Shown: positions 46,714-59,999 of the stretch, one piece after another
Numbering within the stretch: position 1 is the stretch's first letter
Layout: each line of letters opens with the position of its first letter
From: the human T2T-CHM13v2.0 reference genome, Homo sapiens
Assembly: GCF_009914755.1 (NCBI RefSeq)
Contig: NC_060947.1
Reading direction: 5' to 3' (one strand)
Length of the DNA stretch: 64,000 nt
The notes under the pieces: model-generated
What the model was told of the DNA's origin: nothing
The model's input: only the letters and a program-made list of their open reading frames with translations
Database searches by the model: none
Position numbers and translations under genes: made by a program

Positions 46714-49149
46714 TTATGTTGAATTTTCTCAACACAGCTATTTTGAGTTTTCTGTTGAAGATCACCTATCTCTGTTTTTACAGGATTGATCCTTGGTACC
46801 TTACTTAGTTAATTTAGTGAGGTCATGTTTTATTGGATCATCTTGATGCTTGTGGATGTTTGTAGGTATCTGGGCATTGAAGAGTTAAGTCTATATTGTA
46901 GTCTTTGCAGCCTGGACTTGTTTGTACCCATCCTTCTTGGGAAGGCTTCCCAGGTATTAGAAGGGACTGGAGTGTTTTAATCTAAGTTTTTGGTCTTTGC
47001 AGCTGTATTTGCATTAGGGGTAACAATAAGCTCAGTAATGCTGTGTCTGTTATAGACTTGTAGAGGTAACTCCTTGGTGGTCTTGAATAAGTCCCAGAAG
47101 AATTCTCTGGATTACCAGGTGGAGACTTTTGTTCTCTTTCTTTACATTTTCCTTAACAGAGCTTCTCTCTGTGTGCTGGGCTGCCTGGAACTGGTGGAGG
47201 GGTGACACAAGCAGCCCTGTAGCCACCACCACTTAGACTACAGTAGGTCAGACCTGAAGCCAGTATAGTAGTGGGTTTTTCACAAGACCTGCTGTAACTA
47301 CTGCCTGGCTACCACCTATGTAAGCCCCACTGCTCTACAATCAGTGGGTCACAAAGCCACTCAGATTTGTGTCCTTCCCTTCAGGATAGTGAGTTCCCTG
47401 CAAACCCCAGGTGGATCTAGAGATGTTATCCGGGAGCCAGGGCCTGGAGATGGAAACCTTAAGAATCTACCTGGTGCTCTGTTCTATTGCCACTGAGCTG
47501 GCACCCAGGGCACAAAGCAAAGTCCTCCCCCCATCTTCCCTTCTCTTTCCACAAGCAGAAGAGTCTCTTCCTTTAGTCACAATCACTTTAGGTCCACAGT
47601 GAGTACTGCCTGGCTACCGTTGATTTTCACTCAAGACCCAAAGGCTCTTCAGTCAGTTTGTGGTAAATGTTGCCAGGCCTGAGACTCATGCTTCAGGAAA
47701 GTGGGCTCTCCTCTGGCTCAGGAAATGTCCAGAAATGCCATGCAAGAGGCAAGGCCTAGAATCAGGGACCCCAGAGCCTACTTGATGTTCTACCTGACTG
47801 TAGCTGAGCTGGTACCTAAGCTGCAGGACCATATCTCCTTACTTTTCCCTTTCTTTTTTCTAAAGCATGAGTCTCTTCCCATAGCCACCACAGCTAAGAA
47901 TGTGCTGGGTCACATTTGAATCCAGTACACCTCTGAGTCTCACTAAATGCCCAAGGTGGAGTACAGCCTGGGTATCCCTGCTGATTATTTAGGGCCTAAA
48001 GGTTTTTTAGTCAGCAGGTGATGAATTGTGCCAGGATTGGATCCTTCACTTCAAGGCAGTAGGTTCCCTTGTGGCTTAGGGAGTATCTAGAAATGTCTGG
48101 GATCTAGGTCTTAGAATGGAAGCCTCAGAACCCTGCCTTGTGCCCTATGCTACTGTTGCTGAGCTGGTACACAAGATGCAAGACAAAGTCCTCGTTACCT
48201 TTACCTCTCCTCTCCTCAAGCAGAGGGATGGAGTCTCTCCCAGAGTTGCAAGCTGGGCCCCTTGGGGTTGGGAGAGGGGTAGCACAAGCACTCCCTTGGC
48301 TACCCCAGCTGGTGTCTTACTAGATTGCATTCCCATCCAGTCCACTTGCTCCAAGCCCAGCAAAGCAATAGGAATTGCCCAAGGATTGCAGTGCTTGTGG
48401 CCTAGACTGCCTTTCAAGTTTATTTCAGACCCCAGAACCCTTTAGCCTGTGGTGGTGAGGCTTTCAGGAAATGAGGTTCTGACTGCTAGGATGGATGATT
48501 CCCCTCTGGCTAGGGCTAGTCGAAGTGCTCCTTCTATGGGTGTTGGCCGAGTTCTGCCCAGTGTTTCTTTCCTCTGTGACATGGCAGAACTGAGTTTCAA
48601 TGCAAAGTCCCACAATCACTGAGCTCTCCCTCCACCAAGTGCACAGAATCTTTCTCCGTGACACATGACCATTGCTGGGTGATGAGGGAGGGGTGGTGTC
48701 CATAATTTAAAACTGTCTTTCTGATCCTCTTTAGTCTGATTTCGGTGATATGAAGTTAAAAACCAGGTACTGTGAGTGCTTACCTGATTTTTTGGTTCTT
48801 ATGAAGGTGCTTTTTTGTGTGAACATTTTTTCAATTTCATGTTTCTATGGGGAGGACCATTGGTGAAAGCTTCTATCTTGCTCTGCCTCCTGCCATATGA
48901 AAACAATTTTTGAAGACAGTCTTTTAACCTCTTGCATAAGACTTTCTCATGGAACACAATTTGGAAAGTGCTGCTCTGTTGCACTGGACTACTTGCAAAT
49001 TCCAGAATATTTGTGTTTTACAGATGTTTTTTGCACAAGGTAGAAGATGGGTGCATCTGGTAAGTCATACTTAGAAGTAGAAATCCTACAATACCTTTTC
49101 CCCTCTTACTAACTCAGAAAACTTACATATTCATGTAAGCCTAGCTGCT

Positions 49150-49420
49150 CATGTTTAATCTTCTATAATACCTCTGTCATGCCTTACATTTTTCTGTAAG
49201 GCAGAATTAACTGATTGTTCCTTTATGTTGTCACAGTACATTGCTTATAGCCCTTTAATATTACTTCTCACATTTTGAGTGTCTGCCTGCCTTCCCTGGG
49301 TAGACATTGTGGGCTTCTTGAGGAAAGGGGTCATATCTTGTGCACTTTTCTATCTTGAGTGCCTAGCACAGTGCCAGGCATTTCAGAGGCATAGTCAGTT
49401 AACATTCATTAAATATACAT
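49150..49420 (+). mobile_element. L2 3' end
   Basis: cttgaggaaaggggtcatatcttg...gtgcctagcacagtgccaggca. Confidence 0.7.
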
Positions 49421-49489
49421 AAAATCATTATCCCAATGTAAGTCCTTATGTAAAAAGACTGAACTATATACTACACACTAAGTGCTACT

Positions 49490-49800
49490 AGAATTCAAAA
49501 AATGAACTCAATGAGGAATGGAATAATTAAGAAAAGTTTCATAGAAGAAGTGAGTCATGAACTAGAATTTGAAAGATGAATAGGATTTGAGCAAGATAAA
49601 CCCTCTAAATGAAGACAGTGGCAGAGGCAGTGCCAATCCTGGTATTTTAGTGGCCTAATAAGAGAAAATAGTGTATGCTGAGGAGTAGAAAAAGTTAAGG
49701 TTGAGTAGTTAGAATGATAACATCATAAAAAGCTTTGAATGCCAAGTATAATAGTTTAATGGCTGTTGATTAAAGGATTAAGTCAGGATGAAAGCAGAAT
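49490..49800 (-). mobile_element. L2 relic
   Basis: gaaaagtttcatagaagaagtgag...tttgaaagatgaataggattt; gctttgaatgccaag. Confidence 0.6.
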
Positions 49801-52119
49801 TTAGCAGAGATTAAACAAAAACATGTATTCATTTAAATTAAGGTCTCTGTTCATTATTAGAGTCACCTACCCTTGTGTTTGCTCATTGATCTCTGCAATT
49901 TACATATATAAAGTATTAAATGTCATTTTTGAATTCATAACAGAAAATTTGTGATTTATAGATGAAGTGTTATCTTGAAAGCAGAATCTTTCTCCTTTTC
50001 CAAAATATCTTTTTTTCTTATAACATGTTTCTCTGTGGAACTATAAACATAGTCCTCATAAACTCAAGCACTAGAGGTGACCCTTGTTCCTGGGCATTAA
50101 TCCAAGTTCTCTGGTTTTTACACCTTGAAATTTAGATGGAGTTATTTCAACCCATTGGAGAAAATCATTCCTAAGCAAAGAAGCAAAATTATTTTTTTAA
50201 TTAGCATTCATTTTTCTTTAGTTCTAACTCATTAAAATAGTGTGAAATTAGTTTGAAGGCCATCATATTGAGTTTTTAGTATACCTATTGTCAAAAGATT
50301 TTTTTCCTCTTAATGAGATTGTAAGTTTCAGGAGAATATTTTAAATCTAATAATTGAATTTTGGATTGACTTATTTCAGGAATATATTTTGTAAACTTTT
50401 CTGAGTTCTATTAAATGAAGTTCTGAAACATTTTCAATCTAAGTTCCACTTTGTTGGAACAGGTGAATCCAAACCTGCTTGCTTATTTCTAAATCAAACT
50501 TCTAGTTTTGATATATCTTTAAAGTATATTATTAAGAAATTTTTCAATACTATAAATGAACAAGAATGGTCACAGAAGAAAAATTTAATGTGTACTTTAC
50601 GTAGTTTTAAATTATAATATATATTAGAAATATAAGATAAACCTGTAGTGGTAATGTTTTTTCTTCGGACTTGTGTCTTTGGTTTGTTTAAGAACTTAAT
50701 GTTATGTAAGAATATTTTTCATATTTTGCAATATTTTTCACTAATTCTGTTCAATATTGGAGATTTAATTATACATGATGCTTAAGACAGCAAGTAAAAG
50801 ATTATGTGTTCAGTAATGTGTCCTTAAAATATCATCTTTCTAAGTAATTATTTAAATTTACTATTTTGAACATCAATGAATAATAAATTACCAACTTCAA
50901 ATAAGACCCTGCTACATTCACATATATATATTTATTTACATAGGCACAGGTTTCTCCTTTATTGTGATCTACATGCTATTAATAATAAAAATATATTACT
51001 GACTGTATCATAGCTCATAAGAAATGAATGGTAAGCACATTATAATCATTGTTGAATTTATGTTAATTGAATATTTTGTGAGAATAATACAGCTCAGTAA
51101 ATACATTTCCAAGAATAACATATTAAGAACTTATGAGCTCTCTTAAGACACAATGAAGGTGCCTTTGTATACAATGAACATATTCAATATTACAGTGCTG
51201 TTGAAACTTCATTTCTGGCTTAGGAAACAGCAATTCCTTCCCAGTAATTACAAACTTGGTATAAAATCGCTATTTCAAAACTTTCCAAGTAATGAATTTT
51301 TTGACTCAATGAACAAACTTGGAATTGAAATTTTTATAATCTGACAATTGATAATTTCAACAGAGGTCTTGATAAAGTGTCTCAAAGAAAGTATTCATAT
51401 GCAAATGTTGCAATTTAGCTTATTTGGATATTCATTGCTCTATTAATTTTATATCTAAGAAAATAAACTTGCTACACTTACTAAACAAAAATTAAACTTT
51501 ACTTTGTCAGGAAGATGGTTTGTTGCCAACAAGAAAGCCCCTTCTGGACTATCATATTGAAAACAATTACTTTAGAGAAAATAAGTTGGAAAGAATCCTA
51601 ATCCACTTAACCTTGTCTCACAAAGAGGAATTTATTCTTTTTTTTTCTCTTTTCTTTTTTGCTAAACTGCATCTGGAAGTGCTGAAGTTTCTTATTCATA
51701 TGAAATGGGCAATTAGGGTTTCTCATTCAGTCACAAAACTAAAGATCAGAGATCTTCACCAATGTCTTGCCTCAAGCAGAGAAGTTGGATCAGTAATTTT
51801 CAAGTTTCTATTTGTGTGATAATATTACCCTTTAAATCAAAATGGCAAAAGTAACCTTAATTTTTTTAGATAATCATTTTAATACAGTTTAATACCTACC
51901 ACTTGGAAGAAACATTAAAAATAAGCTGTTTTAAATAGTCTCAGTTACATAGTTCTTAATTTAAGGTATAACATATAGATGTACAATTTAGCCAGAGAAA
52001 AACAGTATTTCAACAAAATTAGGAGAAAATGTCCCCCCTGCATTATTATAAAATATAATTAGTTTCAAAATTATTTAAACCAAACTGGACATTTAAAGTA
52101 TATTTTAAAAACATAGCTT

Positions 52120-54465
52120 TTGGCAATTAGGTAAGAAAAAAGATATAAAAGGCTTACAGATTGGAAAGGAAGAAGTAAAATTATCCCCATTCAAGCATGA
52201 CATAATCTTATATAGAGAGAATCATTAAAATTATCCCCCAACACACAAAGCACTATAGCATTAATAAATGAGTTCAGCAAAGTTTCAGAATCCAAGATCA
52301 ATATGCAAAATGTGTTGTATTTCTATACATTAACAATGAACAACCCAAAAGTGAAATGAAGAAAACAATTCTATTTACAATAGCATCAAAAAGAATAAAA
52401 TACTTAAAAATAAATTTAAACAAGGAGATGTGAGATGTGTACACTGACCATTACAAAACATTATTGAAAGGAATTAAAGAACAATATAAATGGAGAGACA
52501 ACTAATGTTCATGGATCGAAAGAGTCAATATTGCTAAAATGGCAAAATTGATATACAGATTAAATAAAATCGCTCTTAAAAATTCTAATTGCTTCTTTTG
52601 CAGAAACAAATGGGCTGATCCTAAAATTCACATAGAAATGGCAGGACCCCTGAATAGCCAAAACAATCTTGAGAAAGAACAAAATTGGAGGACTCACAGC
52701 TACAGCACTAAATACTGTGGTATTGCTATAAGAATAGACATTTATTTATTTATTTATTTATTTTTGAGACAGAGTCTTGCTCTGTCACCTAGGCTGGAGT
52801 GCAGTGGCACAATCTCAGCTCACTGAAACCTCTGCCTTCCAGGTTCAAGTGATTCTTCTGCTTCAGCCTCCTGAGTAGAAGGGATTACAGGTGTGTGCCA
52901 TGATGCCAGGCTGATTTTTGTGTTTTTAGTAAAGACAGTGTTTTGCCATGTTGGCAAGGCTGGTCTCAAACCCCTGACTTCAAGTGATCCACCCACCTCA
53001 GCCTCCTAAAGTGCTGAGATTACAGGTGTGAGCCACCATGCCTGGCCAAGAGTAGAGATTTAGATCATTGGAATGGAATTGAGAATTCAGAAATAAACCC
53101 ATATACCTATGGTCAATTAGTATTTGACAAGGGTGCCAAGCTCCTTCAATGGGCAAAGAATAGGCTTTTCAACAAATGATTCTGGGAAAACTGCATATTC
53201 ACATGCTAAAGAATAATGTTGGATCATTACCTCACAACATGTACAAAAATTAGCTCAAAATGGATTATAGACCTAAATAAAATGGCTAAAACTATAAAAT
53301 CTTTAGAAAGAAATTATAGGTAAAAATATTTGTTACCTTGAATTAGGCAATGGTTTCTTAAATATGACCCCAAAAGCACAAACAACAGAAGAAAAAAAAG
53401 ATATATTAGACTTAATAAAAATTACAGACATTTGTGTATCAAAGCAGACTATCAGGGAAATGAAAAGATAATTCACAAAATAGGAGAAAACATTTGCAAA
53501 TCATATTTGAAAAGGGCCTAGCATCCAAAATATATTTTAAAAGTTTTACAACCTGATAACAAAACACAAATAAATCAAATAAAAAATGAACATAGAGGTA
53601 GAAGAGACATTTTGCTAAAAAAAGATTCATAAATGGCCAAAAAGCACATGAAAAGATACTCAATATCACTAGTCATTAGGAAAATGTAGGTCAAAACCAC
53701 AATCAGGTACCATGTCACGCCTATTTGGTTGTCTGTAACTTAACAATTTAGAAAATTACAAGCGTTGGTAAGGATGTAGAAAAATTGGAATTCTTGTATA
53801 TTGGTAATGTAAAATGATTCAGCTGCTATGGAAACCAGTTTAGCAGTTTCTCAAAATTTTAAACATATAGTGACCATATGACCCAGTAATCTCACTTTTG
53901 GCTAAGTACCCAAGAAAATTGAAAACATATGTTCAAATAAATATATGTGCACAAACTTTTTTGCATCATTATTTATAATAGCCCCAAAGTAGAAACAACC
54001 CAAATGTCCATCCACTAATGAGTTGATAAACAAAATATGGCATATCTACACAATGGAATACTATTCAGCCATAAAATGAAATGAAGCACTGATCAACATG
54101 CTACAACATAAGATAACTCTTCAAAACATTATGCTAAGTAAAATAAGCTAGACAAAAAAGACCATAGACTATGATTCCATTTATATAAAGTATTCAGACT
54201 GAGCAGAACCATGGAGATAGAAAGTTGTTAGTGTTTGCCAGGGGTTAGAGAGAGGAGAGAATTGGAATTGACTACTACCAGGTATAGGGTTTCTTTTTAT
54301 GGTGATGAAAATGTTCTGTTATTAGATAGTGATAATGGTGGGACAATATTTTGAATGTATATAATGGTTGCACATTATTGTAAATATATTAAAAACACTG
54401 AATTGTACACTTTAAGTTATTTAAATGGTAAATTTGTGTTGTGGAAATTTTATCTTAATAAAAAC
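52120..54465 (+). mobile_element. L1MB-type 3' portion (ORF2 C-terminal region + 3' UTR)
   Basis: ORF2 motifs, then 3' UTR ggtgatgaaaatgttctg...cactgaattgtacactttaa...tatcttaataaaaa. Confidence 0.85.
52744..53047 (-). mobile_element. AluS with degenerate TSD
   Basis: (TTTA)n tail. Flanks are aagaatagacattt and aagagtagagattt. Confidence 0.92.
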
Positions 54466-54599
54466 ACTTGAAAAAATATTTTCTGGCTTTTACTGGTATT
54501 ATGGAAATTCATTGAACTTAATCTCTAAACTACGAGGAGGCAAAGTCTAGAAAATGTTCATTAAATGTGATTCAAACAAATGTTATAAGGCAATCAAGG

Positions 54600-55725
54600 A
54601 AACCTAACTTTTGGAATGGCAATGTGAAGAGCTCAAAAAATTCCATGAAACGACATCTATTAAAGTAAAAATTAGCAAATACAGTCACCCAAAGTCTCTG
54701 AAGATTGACCAGAAGGTTTAAAATAAACAAGCTTTATTCAACAAAATCTATGAAAATGCTAAGAACACTGGGAGAGCATGAAATTTTACTCAGGAACTAC
54801 ACCCATATTCTTATACCTCTGCATTGTGGAAAAGTTTTTTAAGTAGATTTAACAGCCAAGAGGTATTTACTGTCTCTCTGACCTTTGATACCAATGGTGT
54901 CACTGGAGACCAAATGAAGAGTTTGGACTTCTACCACAACCTGGCAGTAATTAGGTTTTCCTCCCACTCCCAGCTGTGGTGCTATCAGAGGAGGCCTGGT
55001 GGAGAGTCAGTACGTTCACCCTCACCCAGAAATAATAAAATCACCCCCAAAGTGGTGTCATCAAAGACCACGTGGGGAGTTAGAACTTGCATCCTTATCC
55101 AGCAGTAATGAGGACACCCTTCAAGGATCAACAGATGTTGACTGGAGAACATGGACTCCTACTTTAACCTGGTAGTAACAAGGCAACATCACATCTCCAG
55201 CCAGAACCACGTCAAAGAAAAACAGCTAAAGTAGAAGATTTAAATAACACCCAGTGTTTCATAACATAATACAAAAATATGCATGTTTCAATAAAAAATT
55301 AGTCATCATATCAAAACCAGAATGATCTCAAACTGAGTGAAATACAATCAATTCATATCAACCTCAAGATGTTGACAGGTTAAAATTATTTCACAAAAAT
55401 TTTAAATAAGCTGTCATAAATATACTTCAATGAAAAATGTCAAACATGCTTGAAACAAAATAATGGAAAGCCTCAGGGAAAAAAAAAACAGATAGTCTTG
55501 GAAATAATTAGAACATATATAAAGGAATCAAATGGAGATTTTAGGGATGAAAGTTATCATGACTTAATTAAAAAGTTCAGTAGATGGCCTCAACAGCAGA
55601 AGAGAGGGAACAGAAGATAGCATTAGTAAATAGAAAAATAGAACAGCAGATATTATCTTATCTGAAGAACAAAGAGAAAATAAACTGAAAAAAACTAGAA
55701 CAGATCTACATGAACCTGTGGGATC
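54600..55725 (+). mobile_element. Old L1M (L1M4/MD-type) 5' UTR and ORF1 coiled-coil region
   Basis: Repeated ggact...cctggcagtaa units and ORF1 motifs (gatggcctcaacagcaga; tctgaagaacaaagagaaaa; gaacctgtggga). Confidence 0.7.
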
Positions 55726-56875
55726 ATTCCTAAATCATTCTATGTGGCCAGGATCACCCTAAGACCAACACCAGGAAAGGACATAACTAAAAAAGAAAAC
55801 TATAGACCAATATCCCAACGTAAACGCAAAAACCCTTAACAAAATACTAGCTAACTGAATCCAACAACATATCAAAAAGAGAATCCACCATGATCAAGTG
55901 GGTTTCATAGCAGGGATTCAGGGATGGCTTAACATACACAAGGTAATAAATGTGATACATCACATAAACAAAATTAAAAACAAACATCACATGATCATCT
56001 CAATAGATGCAGAAAAAGCTTTCAACAAAATCCAGCATTCCATTATGATTAAAACTCTCATCAAAATCAGCATACAAGGGACATACCTCAATATAATAAA
56101 AGCCATGTATGACAAACCCACAGCCAACATAATACTGAATGGGAAAAAGTTGAAAGCATTCCCTCTGAGAACTGGAGCAAGATAAGGATGCCCACTCTCA
56201 CCATTCCTCTTCAACATAGTACTGGAAGTCCTAGCCAGAGCAATCAGACAAGAGAAAGAAATAAAGGGCATCCAAATCGGTAAAGAGGAAATCAAACTGT
56301 CACTGTTTGCTGATGATATGATTGTATACCTAGAGAACCCTAAAGACTCCTCCAGAAGGCTCCTAGAACTGATAAAAAACAATTCAGCAAAGTTTCTGGA
56401 TACAAAATTGATGTACACAAATCAGTAACTCTTCTATACCCCAACGGCAACCAAGCTGAGAATCAAATAAAGAACTCAACCCCTTTTACAATAGCTGCAA
56501 AAAAAAAAAAAAAAGGAATTTACATAACAAAGGAGGCAAAAGACCTCTACAAGGAAAATTACAAAACACTGCTGAAAGAAATAATAGGCAACACAAACAA
56601 ATGGAAACACATCCCATGCTCATGGATGGGTAGAATCAATAATGTGAAAATGAGCATACTGTGAAAAGCAATCTACACAATCAATGCAATTCCCATCAAA
56701 ATATCACCATCATTCTTCGCAGAACCAGAGAAAACAATCATAAAGTTCATATGAAACCAAATAAGAGCCTGCATAGGTAAAGCAAGACTAAGCAAAAAGA
56801 AGAAAGCTGGAGGCATCACATGACCTGACTTCAAACTATACTATAAGGCCATAGTCACCAAAACAACATGGTACT
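55726..56875 (+). mobile_element. L1PB-type ORF2 (RT) fragment
   Basis: ORF 55898-56185 ([12 protein letters not shown]...DAEKAF) and ctgtttgctgatgatatg (LFADDM). Confidence 0.9.
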
Positions 56876-57231
56876 TGTATTAGTTTATTTTCATGCTGCT
56901 GATAAAGACATACCTGAGACTGGGCAATTTACAAGAGAAAGATGTTTAATGGACTTACAGTTCCACATGGCTGGGGAGGCCTCACAATCATGGCAGAAGG
57001 CAAGGAGGAGCAAGTCACATCTTAAGTGGATGGTGGGAGGTAAAGAGAGAGAGCTTGTGTAGGGAAACTCCTCCTTATAAAACCATCAGATCTCATGAGA
57101 CTTATTCCCTATCATGAGAACAGCATGGGAAAGTCCTGCCCTCATGATTCAATCACCTCCTACTGGGTCCCTCCCACAACACATGGGAATTCAAGATGAG
57201 ATTTTGGTGGAGACACAGCCAAACCATATCA
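56876..57231 (-). mobile_element. THE1B-like LTR
   Basis: tgtattagt...gctgataaagacatacctgagactggg...cacagccaaaccatatca is the reverse complement of the THE1 LTR. Confidence 0.92.
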
Positions 57232-57495
57232 TTCTGCCCCTGGCCTCTTCCAAATCTCATGTCCTCACATTTCAAAACAAATTATGTGTTCCCAACAGTC
57301 CCCCAAAGTCTTAAATCATTTCAGCATTAACTCAGAAGTCCTTAGTCCAAAGTCTTATCTGAGACAAGGCAAGTTCTTTCTGCCTGTGAGCCTGTAAAAT
57401 CAAAACAAGTTAGTTACTTCCTAGATACAATGGGGCTACAGGCATTGGGTAAATACAGCCATTCCAGATGGGATAAATTGGCCAAAACAAATGGG
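57232..57495 (-). mobile_element. THE1-int fragment, truncated
   Basis: ttctgcccctggcctcttccaaatctcatgtcctcacatttcaaaac...ataaattggccaaaacaaa. Confidence 0.88.
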
Positions 57496-57631
57496 TCTGT
57501 TTTCTCTTTTTTCTTCAGATAAGGTAATATCTACTTTCTTATCTTCCTGTTTACTAATGCTATCTTCTGCCCCTGCAATTCTGCTGTTGAGGCCATCTAC
57601 TGAACTTTTTAATTAAGTTACGGTAACTTTC
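57496..57631 (-). repeat. Inverted copy of the L1M ORF1 segment at 55549-55685
   Basis: Hand alignment is ungapped, with about 20 mismatches in 136 nt and a 40-nt identical core. Confidence 0.85.
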
Positions 57632-57634
57632 TAC

Positions 57635-58242
57635 TTTTTAAAAATTTTTTATTTCCGTAAGTTATTGGGGAACAGGTGGTGTTTGGTTACATGAGTAAGA
57701 TCTTTAGTGGTGATTTGTGAGGTTTTGGTACACCCATCCTCCGAGCAGTATTCACTGCACACAATTCATAGTCTTTTATCCCTCACCCTTTTCCCACCCT
57801 TTCCCACTGAGTCCCCAAAGTCCATTGTGTCATTCTTATGCCTTTGCATCCTCACAGCTTAGCTCTCACTTATGAGTGAGAACATACAATGTTTGGTTTT
57901 CATTCCTGAATTACTTCATTTAGAATAGTCTCCAATCTCACCCAGGTTGCTGTGAATGCCATTAATTAATTCCTTTTCATGGCTGAGTACTATTCCATCA
58001 TATATATATATAAAGAGAGTATATATGTATATGTGTATATATATACACATATACATATATACATGTTGTATATATGTATATTTTTATATATACATGTTGT
58101 ATATATGTATATTTTTATATATACATATATATTTATATGTAGATATACATGTACATATATGTATATATACATATAAATTTATACATATATGTATATGTAT
58201 ATATGTGTGTGTGTATATATGTATATAATCACAGTTTATTTT
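57635..58242 (-). mobile_element. L1PB1-like 3' end
   Basis: ttattggggaacaggtggtgtttggttacatgagtaag, the antisense of the 249-838 type. Confidence 0.9.
57998..58226. repeat. Degenerate (TA/TG/CA)n low-complexity tract
   Basis: Directly visible. Confidence 0.95.
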
Positions 58243-59350
58243 CTACAAGAAATGCTAATGGAAATATTTCAATCAGAAAGAATAGAATGTTAATGAGCAA
58301 TAACTAATTACCTGAAGGTATAAAACTCACTGGTAAGTAAACAGAAAAATACAGAATATTATAATACTGTAACTGTGGCATGTAAACTACTCTTTTCTTT
58401 TTTTTTTTTTTTGAGATGGCGTCTCACTCTGTTGCCCAGGCTGGAGTGCCGTGGTGCGAGCTCGGCTCACTGCACGCTCCGCCTCCCGGGTTCATGCCAT
58501 TCTCCTGCCTCAGCCTCCTGAGTAGCTGGGACTACAGGCACCCGCCACCATGCCTGGCTAATTTTTTGTTTTTTTTTTTTTTTTAGTAGAGACAGGATTT
58601 CACCGTGTTAGCCAGGATGGTCTCGATCTCCTGACCTCGTGATCTACCCTCCTCGGCCTCCCAAAGTGCTGGGATTACAGGCGTAAGCCACCGTGCCTGG
58701 CCAACTACTCTTATCCTAACTGGAAAGAGTAAGTGATGAACCAATAAAAAAGAACAACTGCAACAAGTTTGCAAGACATAGACAATACAATAAAATATAA
58801 ATGGAAACAACAAAAGGTTTAAAAGTGGGAGGACAAAGTTAAGTCTCAGAATTTTTATTTGTCTTATTTTTGTTTGTTTGTTTATACAAACAATGTTAAG
58901 TTCTTATCAGGTCAAAATACAGGGTTGTAAGATTGTATTTGCAAGCTTCACAGTAACCTCAAACCAAAAACACAATGGACACACAAAAAATAAAAAGCAA
59001 GAAACTAAATTATACTACCAGAGAAAATCACTTTCACTAAAGGAAGATAGGAAGGCAAGAAAGAGAAGAGAACACCACAAAACACCCAGAAAACAAATAA
59101 AATGGCAGGAGTAAGTCCTTACTTATCAGTAATAACACTGAATGTAAATAGACTAAAATCTCCAATCTGAAGATATGGAGTAGCTGAATGGGTTAAAAAA
59201 CAAGACCCATTAATCAGTTGCCTTCAAGAAACACACTTCAGGTAAAGACACACATACACTGAAAATAAAGGGATGGAAAAAGATATTCCAAGCAAATGGA
59301 AACCAAAAAAAGAGCGGGAGTTGCTATACTTATATCAGACAAAATACATC
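58243..59350 (+). mobile_element. L1MA-type ORF1 end / inter-ORF / ORF2 start fragment
   Basis: ctacaagaaatgcta; atggcaggagtaagtccttacttatc; aatggaaaccaaaaaaagagc. Confidence 0.85.
58395..58702 (-). mobile_element. AluY with TSD
   Basis: caccgtgttagccaggatggtctcgatctcc (Y diagnostics). TSD aactactctt at 58385-58394 and 58703-58712. Confidence 0.93.
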
Positions 59351-59999
59351 TGAGATAAAGTTGAAGTATACACTACTAAGCTAGAAAATATTTGTAAAAC
59401 AACAAAAATAAATTCTTATTTCTTCAGAAATTTCAAAGGAAATGGTAACAAGTGGGATCAAGATCCTGAAGCATTTCTTTACAGAATTGTAACAGGAGAT
59501 GAAACAGGGCTTTACCAGCATGATCTTAAAGACAAAACACAATCAAAGCAATGATTATGAAGAGGCAGAAGTGGTGCAGTCAAAGCTAAAGTGGGCCTGT
59601 GTAATGCAAATGTCACAGCAACAGTTTTTGGGATGCTCAGGGGATATTGCTAGTCGACTTTCTGGAGGGCCAAAGAACAATAGCATCTGTTTATTATGAG
59701 AGTGTTTTGAGAAAGTTAGCCAAAGTTTTAGAAGAAAAATGCCCAGGAAAGCTTCACCAGAGAGTCATTCTCCACCACGTAAATGTTCCTGCTCATTTAT
59801 CTCATCAAACAAAAGCAATTTTATGAAAGTTTTGGTGGGAAATCATTAGGTATCCACCTCAAATTTCTGATTTGTCTATTTCTTACTTATTTTTGTTTTC
59901 TAATCTGAAAAAAATCTTTAAAAAGCACCAATTTTTCTTCAGTTAATAATGGAGAAGAAACACTGTGTTGACACAGTTAAACTCCCAGGATCCTCAGTT

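Noticed and set aside
55726-58242. Twin-priming inversion linking L1PB ORF2 (+) and the L1PB 3' end (-)
   Set aside because: The geometry is wrong. The inverted part lies on the poly(A) side of the 3' fragment rather than at its 5' end, and there is no enclosing TSD.
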